Shown here: positions 1-9,681 of the stretch, in pieces
How positions within the stretch are numbered: position 1 is the stretch's first letter
Layout of the letters: each line of letters begins with the position of its first letter
Origin: a bacterium
Lineage (GTDB): Bacteria > CLD3 > SB21
Length of the DNA stretch: 64,000 bases
Assembly: GCA_013360215.1 (NCBI GenBank)
Contig: JABWCP010000005.1
Location: 124,001 to 188,000 of the forward strand
Direction of reading: 5' to 3'
The notes under the pieces: generated by a model
Database searches by the model: none
What the model saw: the letters and a program-made list of their open reading frames with translations, nothing else
What the model was told of the DNA's origin: nothing
Translations under genes and position numbers: made by a program

Positions 1-453
1 ATTGAGTTCATTGAGCGCTATGTCATAATCATTTTGACTGGCCAAATTCTTTTCAAAAAGCCCGCGTTGACGCACTTCATTGGATTCGGCCAATTTGCGT
101 TTAGACTCCGCGCGCTCCAGTTGGGCTGTCAGTTCGGCATCGTTGATTTTTATTAAAAGATCATGCTTATTGATAATACTACCTTCACGAAAATAAACCC
201 GCACCACACGCCCGGAAACTTCACTGCGTAATTCGACTTCTTCGTTGGCAATGACGGACCCGGTGGACTGAATTTTATTAGCCAAAGTTTGCGGCTTGAT
301 GATTTTAGCTTTGATCATCATCGGCGCATTGCCGCCACCGCCGCGATTTCCTCCGCCCGGTGAAGAAGTCGCCTCCTTCAGAAGACGGCTTACGGTCAGC
401 CAAATCACAATCCCTGCTAATATACCCCAAAACAAGTATTTCTTAATGGCCAT
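1..453 (-). CDS. Efflux RND transporter periplasmic adaptor (membrane fusion protein), 5' part; runs off window start
   Basis: Manual translation from ATG at 453: MAIKKYLFWGILAGIVIWL...STGSVIANEEVELRSEVSGRVVRVYFREG...LIKINDAELTAQL. N-terminal TM segment followed by lipoyl-like/hairpin MFP signature. Not in the ORF track because it is truncated. Confidence 0.85.
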   Translation of the reverse strand, partial: MAIKKYLFWGILAGIVIWLTVSRLLKEATSSPGGGNRGGGGNAPMMIKAKIIKPQTLANKIQSTGSVIANEEVELRSEVSGRVVRVYFREGSIINKHDLLIKINDAELTAQLERAESKRKLAESNEVRQRGLFEKNLASQNDYDIALNELN

Positions 454-817
454 GCAAATGCGGCTCCGTGGTTTCGATACGTTCGACTTCATCTAAAAAT
501 TCAACCGCCCGGCGGAGATGCGGTATCACGATGGAACCGCCCACCACCAATCCGACGCTGAACACTTCAAACATTTCTTCGCGAGTCACGCCCGCTTCTT
601 TGGATTTATTGATATGGTAAGCGATACAGTCATCGCAGCGCAATACAAGCGACGCGACAAGGCCGAGCATTTCTTTGGTTTTTATATTCAACGCTCCGTC
701 CTGATACGTCAACGTATCAAGCCCGAAAAACCGTTTGATGACCTTGTTATCCTCCGCCAGAATACGTTCATTCATTTTCTGCCGGTATTCGGTAAATTGT
801 TTGTAACGATCCGCCAT
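443..817 (-). CDS. Carboxymuconolactone decarboxylase / AhpD-family protein
   Basis: GAL..KTKEMLGLVAS.VLRCDDCIAYH core with CxxC. Start taken at ATG 817 (MADRYKQ). Confidence 0.85.
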   Translation of the reverse strand: MADRYKQFTEYRQKMNERILAEDNKVIKRFFGLDTLTYQDGALNIKTKEMLGLVASLVLRCDDCIAYHINKSKEAGVTREEMFEVFSVGLVVGGSIVIPHLRRAVEFLDEVERIETTEPHLHGH

Positions 818-932
818 GTGTTTTACCATCAAATAATGTGTGAATGAATAAAGTTAAAAAACCAAATAGCCGCAAGCATAAACGTAAAACAATTATTAGA
901 AACAAGTAACCGCGCTATCTTCTCTAAAAAAT

Positions 933-3008
933 TCAATTGTATAGTTTCCACACCAAACCAAAACGCCATTGCTGCGGCGTTACAGCATAACCATCCATAA
1001 GTTCGAAGCGGTTTCTAAAAATATTTTCCGCTTCATAAAAAATCTGCAAGTCGCCAACATACGCCGATACGCGCGCAAAAAAAAGAAACCCTCCCGATCG
1101 GTTAGATGTTGTCGGCACAAAATACATCGTCGGTGCATCTTGAAACGTGTACCCTGTCGGCTTATTCCAGTACGACGCCGTTATTGTACCCGTTAGACGC
1201 ATATTGTTTTGAAACACCATTTTTTCGCCATAACCGGTCAGCGATGCCCGATACCACGGTGTCCCGTTGCGAAACACCTGATCACCCTGGCTGACGGATT
1301 GGCGCAGTGTCCACGTCGTAAAAGAAAACGGATGGGACGCTTCAACATCGAATCCCCATGTTCTTCCGCTGGACTTGGTTTTAGGTACTACCCGTTCGGT
1401 GTCGGTATGAACGTGAACCGGTGTATAATACGTACCGCCTTTAATAAAGTTGGTATAAATCGTAGCGGACACGGTCAAACCTCGACCCGATGAACGATGG
1501 GCCATGGTACCGGAGATCGTGCGAATACGCGTCACCGGAAGTAAACTAAGTGAATCCTTTGGAAAAAAATAACTGCGGGTATATCCGTCAGCAAACGCAT
1601 CCGAATACAACGATGTCGTATGTATCATTTCGTCATGCAACGATGGAAAAACAACGGTACTTCCGACATCAGCGCGAAGGGTTAATTTCTTTTGTATAGG
1701 ATACGCCACAGACGCTGTCCACGTCATCCCGCCATCATATACCGAATGATGATCATAGCGCACACCCATCACTGCAGTCCATGATGCCCATCGAAATGTA
1801 TTTTCCGCAAATAACGAAGTCATCCGAAATGTATCAAAACGTGTGTTAAGCGTATCAAACGATGTTCGATCATACGCTGCGCCGACTACGGGCGACCAAA
1901 TCCCAATATCGCCCGCATACCGCGTACGGTAGGTTTGATTTTTTACTCCGTAGTAGCGTGGAACTAAACGATACGTAAATCCCGTGGAGCGGCGCACGAT
2001 ATCCGTGTTTTGATATTCAGCCGTCCACATATGCGTTTTATTATTTACAACTAAACGTGCCTGCCAATCATCGCGTTCATCTTTGCGTTCTGCGCCGCGT
2101 GTTGAAAAATCAAATTCATCCTTTAGCGGATCACGATCTCGTCCATAGGCATCGTATCGGTCTGTATAGATTTGGCGATGAATCTGCAACGCAATGTTTT
2201 CATGCATCAGTACTTTACCGCCGAAAAAAATGTTTTTTCCGGAGTACCGGGTACTGTTAAAATTAGCTAAGGTGCCTCCGCTAAGACCGATAGCGAGCTG
2301 CTCACCGGGCGTGCCGCGGCTGGAACCGCCGACATACGTCTGTACGCGCGAGCCAAAATTTCGCCCGAAAAATACACCCACATCGCGAAAATCATCAAAC
2401 ACCGAACGAAACTTGAGTGATGTGAGCGGTTTGTCCGCATCCGCTTGACGCAACACGATATTGATATATCCGGTTGCGGCTTGCGCGCCATATCGCACCG
2501 ATGCATTACCCCGAAATACCTCGATACGATCAATGGTTTCAAGGCTTACATAATTCAGATTACTCCAACCCCAGTCCGGTTCCGTGAGCGGCATACCGTC
2601 GAGCAATATCAATACATGACGATTGGATAATCCCGACCACGCTACCGAGATGGGTTTACCATAACTACCCTGATCGTGTAAATAGGTTCCGGTTATTTGC
2701 ATCAGCATGTCGGCAAAATCTTCGTGATAATAATGCAGCAGCGAATCATGCGTCAAAATCGTATACCAGAATGAAGATTCCCCACGCTGAATGTTTTCCG
2801 TCGTATCTATTTTTTCAAAAAAATGTTGAACCGAACGATAAGGAAACGGTTTGACCATCACCGAATCGGGCCGAATCGTAGTAGTGTCTGTCGAGGATAA
2901 ATGGAGGCTATCGGAGGTCGTTTGTGCGTTAAGAAGGAAATCGTTATTGATGCAAAATAGAGGCACCGCTACAAAGAGCAGTGCCTTTTTGACTGTCCTA
3001 TAAAGCAT
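933..3008 (-). CDS. TonB-dependent receptor-like outer-membrane protein (plug plus beta-barrel)
   Basis: Signal peptide, plug motifs (VLILLDGMP, IDRIEVFRGNASVRYG...GYINIV), aromatic-rich beta strands, terminal strand WRFGLVWKLYN. Confidence 0.8.
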   Translation of the reverse strand: MLYRTVKKALLFVAVPLFCINNDFLLNAQTTSDSLHLSSTDTTTIRPDSVMVKPFPYRSVQHFFEKIDTTENIQRGESSFWYTILTHDSLLHYYHEDFADMLMQITGTYLHDQGSYGKPISVAWSGLSNRHVLILLDGMPLTEPDWGWSNLNYVSLETIDRIEVFRGNASVRYGAQAATGYINIVLRQADADKPLTSLKFRSVFDDFRDVGVFFGRNFGSRVQTYVGGSSRGTPGEQLAIGLSGGTLANFNSTRYSGKNIFFGGKVLMHENIALQIHRQIYTDRYDAYGRDRDPLKDEFDFSTRGAERKDERDDWQARLVVNNKTHMWTAEYQNTDIVRRSTGFTYRLVPRYYGVKNQTYRTRYAGDIGIWSPVVGAAYDRTSFDTLNTRFDTFRMTSLFAENTFRWASWTAVMGVRYDHHSVYDGGMTWTASVAYPIQKKLTLRADVGSTVVFPSLHDEMIHTTSLYSDAFADGYTRSYFFPKDSLSLLPVTRIRTISGTMAHRSSGRGLTVSATIYTNFIKGGTYYTPVHVHTDTERVVPKTKSSGRTWGFDVEASHPFSFTTWTLRQSVSQGDQVFRNGTPWYRASLTGYGEKMVFQNNMRLTGTITASYWNKPTGYTFQDAPTMYFVPTTSNRSGGFLFFARVSAYVGDLQIFYEAENIFRNRFELMDGYAVTPQQWRFGLVWKLYN

Positions 3009-3014
3009 AGTGTG

Positions 3015-4505
3015 TTATTGCCCGGCGCTCATGAAGGGCGCGTATTTTTCTTCCGGCGACGGTTTAGTCATGAGGCTGACAAAGATCAAACATCCCAATG
3101 AAGAAACGATTGCAGGAATGATAATATAATCGGCTTCAAGCAGCGGTTGATCCATGACGGCATTGGCTACCGTGATACCGACCGTCACGATCATACTCGC
3201 AACCATCGAAGCGACACCGCCCTGAGGCGTAACGCGTTTCCATAAAAAGCTAGCAAGCAGTACAGGCGTAATGCCTGCACCGACCATCGTGTAGGCGGTA
3301 AACGCCATGGCAAGTATGGTCTGAAACTGCGTCGCCAATAAGAAGGCCGCCAGCGCAATAACTACGATCAATACACGCTGCATGGTGATGATCGTTTTCT
3401 GATCGGCTTGCGGATTGATAAAGCGCTGATAAATGTCGCGTGTAATATTGGTCGAGGGTATCATTAAAAAAGTATTGGCCGTAGATAAAATGATCGCTAC
3501 CGCCGCGGCCATCAATAACGCACCGGCGACCTCCGGCAAATCAAATCGCGCGATATGCAGAACGACCGTTTCCGACATCGAAGGATCAATTCCGCCGTCC
3601 GGCGTTTTGAATATAGGATTGGACCAATGTTTGGCGCTGCCGATAATAGACAGAAGGCACAACATACCTTCTACAAAAAGAACGCCGATGACCATGCCGA
3701 TGACAGCTTTTTTGGCCGTCGCTTCATCTCTAGCTGCAAAAAACTTTTGATAGATACTGCTTTCACCCATCAGCAGAAAAAATGTCGGGAAAAAGATGCC
3801 GATCACCCACCATGCATTATGCGTTCCCAATGCGGTAAAATGATCATTGGGCAGCGTTTCGGTTACAAAATTCCAACTGCCGATATCACTGCCAAACAAC
3901 AACAAAGGAACACCGATGATAACCGAAATCGTGATGATCAATCCATTAACAAGATCGGCCGCGATGATAGACACCATGCCGGCCAATAATGTAAACAGTA
4001 CGACGACACCGCATGTGATCATAGCGCCGACGAAAGGATCAAGTCCGGTCGCTGCATTGTGCGGGTCCGTACGGGTGATTATGTTGAGTAAACGTCCGCC
4101 GCCTTTAAATTGATAACCCGCGATGGACATATAGGCAATGACGATGGTGATCGTTCCGAGGATGCGCGCCGTCGCATTGTACCGTTTTTCCAAAATATCA
4201 GGCACGGTATATTCTGCGATTTTGCGAACGCGACCCGCAAGAAAATAAACACACACGATACCTACCCACGCACCGGCTGACATCCATAGCGCCGAAAACC
4301 CGTCGCGAAACGACAACCCTGCGCTTCCGAAAAGCGTCCCTGAACCGACCCACGTGCAGACAAGTGTACCGACCAAAAACCACATGGAAACACTGCGGCC
4401 GGCTACCATGAAGTCGTCTTGGCTTTTGATCTGAAAGCTTTTGTAAATTCCGATGCCGATCAGCACCAGCACATACACTGTTATGACTAAGAGAAAAAGA
4501 TTCAT
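3015..4505 (-). CDS. Sodium:solute symporter family (SSS) transporter
   Basis: DFMVAGRS, TVPDILEKRY, QKFFAARDE, AIILSTA motifs; about 13 hydrophobic segments. Confidence 0.9.
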   Translation of the reverse strand: MNLFLLVITVYVLVLIGIGIYKSFQIKSQDDFMVAGRSVSMWFLVGTLVCTWVGSGTLFGSAGLSFRDGFSALWMSAGAWVGIVCVYFLAGRVRKIAEYTVPDILEKRYNATARILGTITIVIAYMSIAGYQFKGGGRLLNIITRTDPHNAATGLDPFVGAMITCGVVVLFTLLAGMVSIIAADLVNGLIITISVIIGVPLLLFGSDIGSWNFVTETLPNDHFTALGTHNAWWVIGIFFPTFFLLMGESSIYQKFFAARDEATAKKAVIGMVIGVLFVEGMLCLLSIIGSAKHWSNPIFKTPDGGIDPSMSETVVLHIARFDLPEVAGALLMAAAVAIILSTANTFLMIPSTNITRDIYQRFINPQADQKTIITMQRVLIVVIALAAFLLATQFQTILAMAFTAYTMVGAGITPVLLASFLWKRVTPQGGVASMVASMIVTVGITVANAVMDQPLLEADYIIIPAIVSSLGCLIFVSLMTKPSPEEKYAPFMSAGQ

Positions 4506-4520
4506 AGCACCTCGGTTTGA

Positions 4521-5312
4521 TTATTTTCCGAAAACCTGTTTATGCCGTGCGTCGGCGAGTATCTGTTTGTTTTTTTCGTCAAGCCCTACAATGTCGTCTA
4601 AACTCATATACGCCGCAATACGAACATTTTTGTTTTCGTCCTTAGTAAGCGCGACTAACGTCTCGTACACGTTTTTAGGTAATTGTTCTTTACCGGCATA
4701 TACGACACTGAAGCAGTCGGCGCAGACTTCGCGCATATTCCATGCAAGACTGCGGCACCCTTCGATCAGAAATTCGACCGCGCCGTGCTGACCGTGCGTT
4801 GCGATTTCAGTGATGGCTTCGATAGCCGCCATACCCAAAGTATCTTCGCCGCCGTCATGATCGTGGTATCGCTGATGGGCATACGTTTTCAAAAACGCAA
4901 GCGACTCTTGCCCGCCGATGCGCCCCAATGCAATCAGCGCTTCCTGCAGCATCTCTATATCCCAAAGTACGCCCGGTGTCGGATGGTTTATCATTTCGAT
5001 AAGCACTTCTGCGCCGTCGGTATGGCGCCAGTTACCGAGGCCGACGATACCCGACATCACAAATCGTGCATCCGTCGAACGAATCAACTTCATCAACGGC
5101 TCTTCTAATCGCGGGTCGCATTCAAAATGACTGATCAAGTCGATAGCTTCTCGACGTTTCTCGGTATCTTCATTGTAGATATTCTCAATGATCGCGGTAT
5201 AATACATTTCTTTAGTCAGCGCGATATGCGCGGCTTCCGGATCTTCCTCATCCGCATCCGGCTCTTCCGGCAAATCCCATTCATTGAGTGGTTCTTCGTC
5301 CTGATTGCGCAT
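4521..5312 (-). CDS. HEAT/PBS-lyase-repeat protein
   Basis: Repeated helical units (EALIALGRIGG, AAIEAITEI, DENKNVRIAAYMSL) and an acidic N-terminus. Confidence 0.7.
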   Translation of the reverse strand: MRNQDEEPLNEWDLPEEPDADEEDPEAAHIALTKEMYYTAIIENIYNEDTEKRREAIDLISHFECDPRLEEPLMKLIRSTDARFVMSGIVGLGNWRHTDGAEVLIEMINHPTPGVLWDIEMLQEALIALGRIGGQESLAFLKTYAHQRYHDHDGGEDTLGMAAIEAITEIATHGQHGAVEFLIEGCRSLAWNMREVCADCFSVVYAGKEQLPKNVYETLVALTKDENKNVRIAAYMSLDDIVGLDEKNKQILADARHKQVFGK

Positions 5313-5941
5313 TATACTTTTCCGTTAATAATTTCCGTGATCCCGACACGTACCATCATAACGCCGATCGCGGCTAATAAGATGGTAAATACTTTAGCGA
5401 TGCCTTTGGCGCCGCTCCGTCCCGTAATACGTAGAACATACGGCGAAAAATGCAAAGCGCCGTAAACGATGAGCAGATTGATCATCACACTAAAAATCGT
5501 CGGCCCCATACCATAACTGTCGATCGTGATCATCATAGTTGTGAGTAAAGCCGGGCCCACGATCAGCGGTATACCGATGGGTACGATGCCGATCGTCGGA
5601 TTCTGATTGATATGTATTTCGGTCGTTTCATCGCGGACTTCGTTACTGATGCGATCGTCCGATGAGGAAATGAGATCATTGATGGCAATAGCAAAAAGAA
5701 TAATACCGCCGGCGATTTTGAAATCGCTGATCGAAATGCCGAGAAAAGCAAATATCGCCTTGCCAAGCGCCAAAAAAGTCATCGTAACCAAAAAAGCTGT
5801 CAGAATAGATTGGCGTAGTACGCGCGATTTGACGGGCTCGGGTATGCCGTCGGTCAATGTGATATAAAGCGGCATAAAACCGATCACATCAATAGCGACA
5901 AACACCGGTATGATCGCAAGGATATAGTCATTATAATTCAT
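5312..5941 (-). CDS. MarC family integral membrane protein
   Basis: FKIAGGIILF, IVPIGIPLIVGPA, LLAAIGV motifs. Start placed at ATG 5941 (MNYNDY), just after the upstream gene. Confidence 0.9.
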   Translation of the reverse strand: MNYNDYILAIIPVFVAIDVIGFMPLYITLTDGIPEPVKSRVLRQSILTAFLVTMTFLALGKAIFAFLGISISDFKIAGGIILFAIAINDLISSSDDRISNEVRDETTEIHINQNPTIGIVPIGIPLIVGPALLTTMMITIDSYGMGPTIFSVMINLLIVYGALHFSPYVLRITGRSGAKGIAKVFTILLAAIGVMMVRVGITEIINGKV

Positions 5942-5945
5942 AAGG

Positions 5946-6371
5946 TCAAAATTTTCCCATTTTATCCATGTCCATGAATAAAACATTCCACCGGTGTCCG
6001 TCCGGATCGCAGAACCCGCATCCATACATCCACGCCGTATTTTCTGCCGGTTTGGCAAATACTTTTCCGCCGGCCGCTTCCGCTCTTGCCGCAAGGTGAT
6101 TCACTTCCTCGCGACTCTCCGCATCAATCGAAAACAGAACTTGCGAACCGTGGCGCGTATCCGCAATCGGATGGTGGGTGAAACTTTGGAAGACATGCTC
6201 CGAAAACAACATGACAATCGTTTCTTTGCCGGCATCTTGATCGCCGACCAGCATGCACGCCGTATGTTCGGTATCGCGTTCTGAATTGAACGCAAATCCG
6301 AGATGACTATAAAATGCCCTGGCTTTTTTTATGTCTTTGACAGGCAGGTTGAGCCACATTTCTTTTGTCAT
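5946..6371 (-). CDS. VOC / glyoxalase-bleomycin resistance family protein
   Basis: NLPVKD..KARAFY..LGF and MYG..F.DPDGHRW motifs. Confidence 0.9.
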   Translation of the reverse strand: MTKEMWLNLPVKDIKKARAFYSHLGFAFNSERDTEHTACMLVGDQDAGKETIVMLFSEHVFQSFTHHPIADTRHGSQVLFSIDAESREEVNHLAARAEAAGGKVFAKPAENTAWMYGCGFCDPDGHRWNVLFMDMDKMGKF

Positions 6372-6519
6372 AACCTGAGCATCCGATACAAGTGATATAC
6401 GCGGTATTCGCTGTATAAATCTACGAAACGAAAAAATATATGCAGTTCGGCGGGAAAAATCCGTCTAAATAAAAAGAACTTACAAACGAAGTATGCGTAC
6501 CGAAGACACTCGAAAAATA

Positions 6520-7254
6520 TTATGCGCGCCCGGCGGTGTCCCGCACTTTGGTAAATTTGGCGTCGCCCCAGAGACGTTCGAGATCATAAAACGAACGCGC
6601 ATCTTTTTGGAAAACATGGACGATAACGTCCACATAATCCAAAAGAACCCATTTCAGCGATTGGTGACCTTCTTTGTGATGGAGTTTAGCGCCTTCCTGA
6701 GCGAGGCGATCTTCCACGTTATCTGCAATGGCTTTGGCATGCATGTCGGATGTGGCCGTACATATCACAAAAAAATCGGCAGCGCTGGACAATCCTTCTA
6801 AATCGGCGATAACAACGTCTTCAGCCTTTTTCTCAAACATGTATTCCGTTACACGGCGACACATCTGCATGGCCTCGGACTCCGGTAAGGCTTTTCCGGT
6901 TTTAGGGTCACGCGGTTTGCCTTTTTCACTTTCATAAGCCGCCAATTCCGCATCAATTTCTTCCGTCGTCAACCGGTCCACATCCTCATCCATCATTTCG
7001 TCCTGCGCGATGAGTGCATCTTTTTTGACGGGTTTGGTTTTTTTGGTTACTACTTTTTTAACCGTTTTGGGTTTTTTGGATACGGTTGTTTTTGTTGCTT
7101 TTTTAACGGTTTTGACGGATTTTTTGGTTTTATTGACCGTCGAGCCGGATTTTTTTAAAGTTTTACCCGTCTTGGGCGCTGCTTTTTTCTTAGCCGGTTT
7201 GGTTGATTTTCCGGCTTTAGGTGCCGCTTTTTTAGTCTTTTTGGATGTAGCCAA
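6520..7254 (-). CDS. rsfS: Ribosome silencing factor RsfS with long Lys-rich N-terminal extension
   Basis: C-terminal domain EKKAEDVV...DFFVICT...WVLLDYVDVIVHVF...RSFYDLERLWGDA. TTG start, so the exact start is uncertain. Confidence 0.9.
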   Translation of the reverse strand: MATSKKTKKAAPKAGKSTKPAKKKAAPKTGKTLKKSGSTVNKTKKSVKTVKKATKTTVSKKPKTVKKVVTKKTKPVKKDALIAQDEMMDEDVDRLTTEEIDAELAAYESEKGKPRDPKTGKALPESEAMQMCRRVTEYMFEKKAEDVVIADLEGLSSAADFFVICTATSDMHAKAIADNVEDRLAQEGAKLHHKEGHQSLKWVLLDYVDVIVHVFQKDARSFYDLERLWGDAKFTKVRDTAGRA

Positions 7255-7324
7255 GTTTTTGATTCTCCGATTTTTACAATGCGGTCAATATAGGGATGCC
7301 GATGCTTTAAAATCAAATAAAAAC

Positions 7325-7353
7325 TTGCTATTGCAGGGCTCGTTGGCTATATT
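7325..7353 (+). promoter_or_regulatory. Putative sigma70 promoter for tRNA-Leu-tig
   Basis: TTGCTA-17 nt-TATATT followed by GC-rich GCGCCGC discriminator. Confidence 0.55.
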
Positions 7354-7375
7354 GCGCCGCATTTGGCCTATATAT

Positions 7376-7459
7376 GCGGGATTGGCGGAATTGGCAGACG
7401 CGCCAGACTTAGGATCTGGTGGTTTTACCGTGTGGGTTCAAGTCCCTCATCCCGCACCA
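7376..7459 (+). tRNA. tRNA-Leu(TAG)
   Basis: GCGGGAT/ATCCCGC acceptor stem, CCAGA-CTTAGGA-TCTGG anticodon arm, long variable arm, GTTCAAGT T-loop, encoded CCA. Confidence 0.95.
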
Positions 7460-7498
7460 TTTTTTTGAAAAAAATATTTATAACACAGGAGAATTCCT

Positions 7499-8782
7499 TT
7501 GCAAGCGAGTGTGATTCACGAAGATAATGCTACCCGAAAATTAGCGGTAGAAGTGCCCTACGATGCGATGTTGCCATACTTTGAAGAAGCCTTGGCGATG
7601 TACCGCGAAGAAGCCCAGATCGAAGGTTTTCGTAAAGGCAAAGCCCCCAAAGATGTGATTCAGAAAAAATTTGGCAATATGATCGAAGCGGAAGCGTTGG
7701 AAGTGGTCGTGGAAGATTTTTACCGCGAAGCGCTGGAAGCAACTAAGACCGAAGCCATCGCGATCGGCAAAATCGAAAACATGGACTACAAAAAAGGGCA
7801 GCCGCTGAAATTTGATGTGACCGTCGAGATCATGCCCAAGTACGACGTCAAAAACTACAAAGGCCTCAACTTAAAACGCGAAGTACACAAAATAACAGAC
7901 GAAGAAGTGACTGGCGCTTTTGATCGTTTGCGCGAAAGCTATTCCACGACCAAAGAAACCGATGTGATTGCTGCGGGTAATTTCGCAACGGTGGATATTC
8001 AGGTGCTGGATGAAAGCGGCACGCCGCTCATCGGCAAAAAATACGAAGACCGTCGCATTCCGCTCACCCGTCAATTCGTGGGACAGGATTTTATTGACGG
8101 CCTTATCGGCGCCAAAACAGGCGACATGCGCACTCTTGATGTAGCCAAACGCCCTCCGCAGGAAGGCGAAGACATCGCAACGATCGAAAAAGAAAAATAT
8201 CAGGTGACCGTTCGCAAAATCGAAGAAATGCAACTGCCGGCTCTGGATGACGAATTCGCCAAAGATCTCGGATTTGAAACGTTCGAATTGCTCAAAGCCG
8301 ACATGCACAAAAATCTCAGCGAACGCTGGGAGCAGGAGTCCGAACAAAAATTTCGCGAAGCTTTGATTGACGAAATCATCAAACAAAACGAAATCCCTGC
8401 TCCGGAACCGCTGGTAGATAACTCGCTTCAACGCATCGGGCGCATGATCAAAGAACGTCTCAAAGGCCAGCCCGTCAAAGACGAGCTCATCGCCGAACGT
8501 TATCGCCCCAGCGCCATCCGCGAAGTAAAATGGACATTGGCTAAACGTAAAATCATCGAACAAGAAAACCTGAAGGTTGAAGATGCCGATGTTCAGGCCT
8601 ATCGCGAAAAAACAGCCAAACAAAATAAAGTGCCTTTGGAGCAGATCAATGTTCACTTCCATACGGAAACGGAACAACGCAACTTCGAAGATTATTTGCT
8701 TGAAGAAAAAGCGGCCAAACTGATTGCCGACTCAGCCAAGGTCGAAGAAGTGCCCGACATGCTCTCGGAAGAGAAAAAATAA
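7499..8782 (+). CDS. tig: Trigger factor
   Basis: GFRKGKAP ribosome-binding motif; tRNA-Leu-tig-clpP-clpX synteny. Confidence 0.97.
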   Translation: MQASVIHEDNATRKLAVEVPYDAMLPYFEEALAMYREEAQIEGFRKGKAPKDVIQKKFGNMIEAEALEVVVEDFYREALEATKTEAIAIGKIENMDYKKGQPLKFDVTVEIMPKYDVKNYKGLNLKREVHKITDEEVTGAFDRLRESYSTTKETDVIAAGNFATVDIQVLDESGTPLIGKKYEDRRIPLTRQFVGQDFIDGLIGAKTGDMRTLDVAKRPPQEGEDIATIEKEKYQVTVRKIEEMQLPALDDEFAKDLGFETFELLKADMHKNLSERWEQESEQKFREALIDEIIKQNEIPAPEPLVDNSLQRIGRMIKERLKGQPVKDELIAERYRPSAIREVKWTLAKRKIIEQENLKVEDADVQAYREKTAKQNKVPLEQINVHFHTETEQRNFEDYLLEEKAAKLIADSAKVEEVPDMLSEEKK

Positions 8783-8827
8783 GCTGATATTGCACACGAC
8801 GTAGTTAATATCTGTATTTTAAATTGT

Positions 8828-8862
8828 AAAAACTCTGACTTTGCTTTTTGTTCAGAGTTTTT
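8828..8862 (+). terminator. Probable intrinsic terminator after tig
   Basis: AAAAACTCTGA...TCAGAGTTTTT inverted repeat. Confidence 0.55.
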
Positions 8863-8874
8863 GCACTTTAAACC

Positions 8875-9561
8875 TTGAATTTGATGACCGAAACCAGGAC
8901 TTCTATGAATCCATACGAATCATTTGTTAAAAGTGAATTTAGTCGCCTCAGCGATGACAGCCTGCGATCCATCTCCGGTTCCGTCGTGCCTTATGTGATC
9001 GAACAAAAAGGTCAGATGGAGCGCGTCTATGACATTTATTCGCGCCTGCTGATGGAGCGTATTATATTTCTCGGTACGCCGATTAATTATGAGATTTCCA
9101 ATGTCGTCATTGCGCAGTTACTCTTTCTCGCGGCAACCGATCCGGAAAAAGACATTATCATGTACATCAATAGCCCCGGCGGCAGCGTGACGGACGGACT
9201 TGCGATTTATGATACGATGGAATTTATCAAACCGGAAATTCAAACCACCTGTACCGGCATGGCGGCCAGTATGGGCGCTATCCTCCTGATGGCCGGCACC
9301 AAAGGGAAACGTTATGCCTTACCGCATTCGCGGATCATGTTGCATCAACCGCTCGGAGAAACGCAGGGACAATCTTCCGATATCGAAATCTACATGCAGG
9401 AAATCGTGAAGATGAAGGATCAATTGAACAAAATCATCATGCAGCGCACCGGCCAAAACGCGGAACGCCTTGAAAAAGACATTGATCGCAATTTCTTTAT
9501 GTCTTCCGACGAAGCAAAGGCATACGGCATCATAGACGAAGTGCTTGTACGCAAAAAGTAA
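8875..9561 (+). CDS. clpP: ATP-dependent Clp protease proteolytic subunit
   Basis: DIYSRLL.ERIIFL, YINSPGG, GMAASMG, RIMLHQP motifs. True start may be ATG 8884 or 8905. Confidence 0.97.
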   Translation: MNLMTETRTSMNPYESFVKSEFSRLSDDSLRSISGSVVPYVIEQKGQMERVYDIYSRLLMERIIFLGTPINYEISNVVIAQLLFLAATDPEKDIIMYINSPGGSVTDGLAIYDTMEFIKPEIQTTCTGMAASMGAILLMAGTKGKRYALPHSRIMLHQPLGETQGQSSDIEIYMQEIVKMKDQLNKIIMQRTGQNAERLEKDIDRNFFMSSDEAKAYGIIDEVLVRKK

Positions 9562-9681
9562 TTGCGTGTACATAGAACATTATCCGGTCCGGCATCCTCT
9601 CCGCCGGTATCTTATCGGTTTATATTGTTGCAAACGCGAACCCTATTTCTTATTCTAAAGCCATAACCTGAAAGTTAGTCC

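Noticed and set aside
933-3014. BtuB with a cobalamin riboswitch
   Set aside because: Only 6 nt separate it from the upstream gene, no B12-box is visible, and the substrate cannot be assigned.
5942-6094. Long N-terminal extensions given by the ORF track (MarC here; likewise 34296, 53711, 55344, 27454, 61158)
   Set aside because: They overlap neighbouring genes, and downstream ATGs give family-typical starts.
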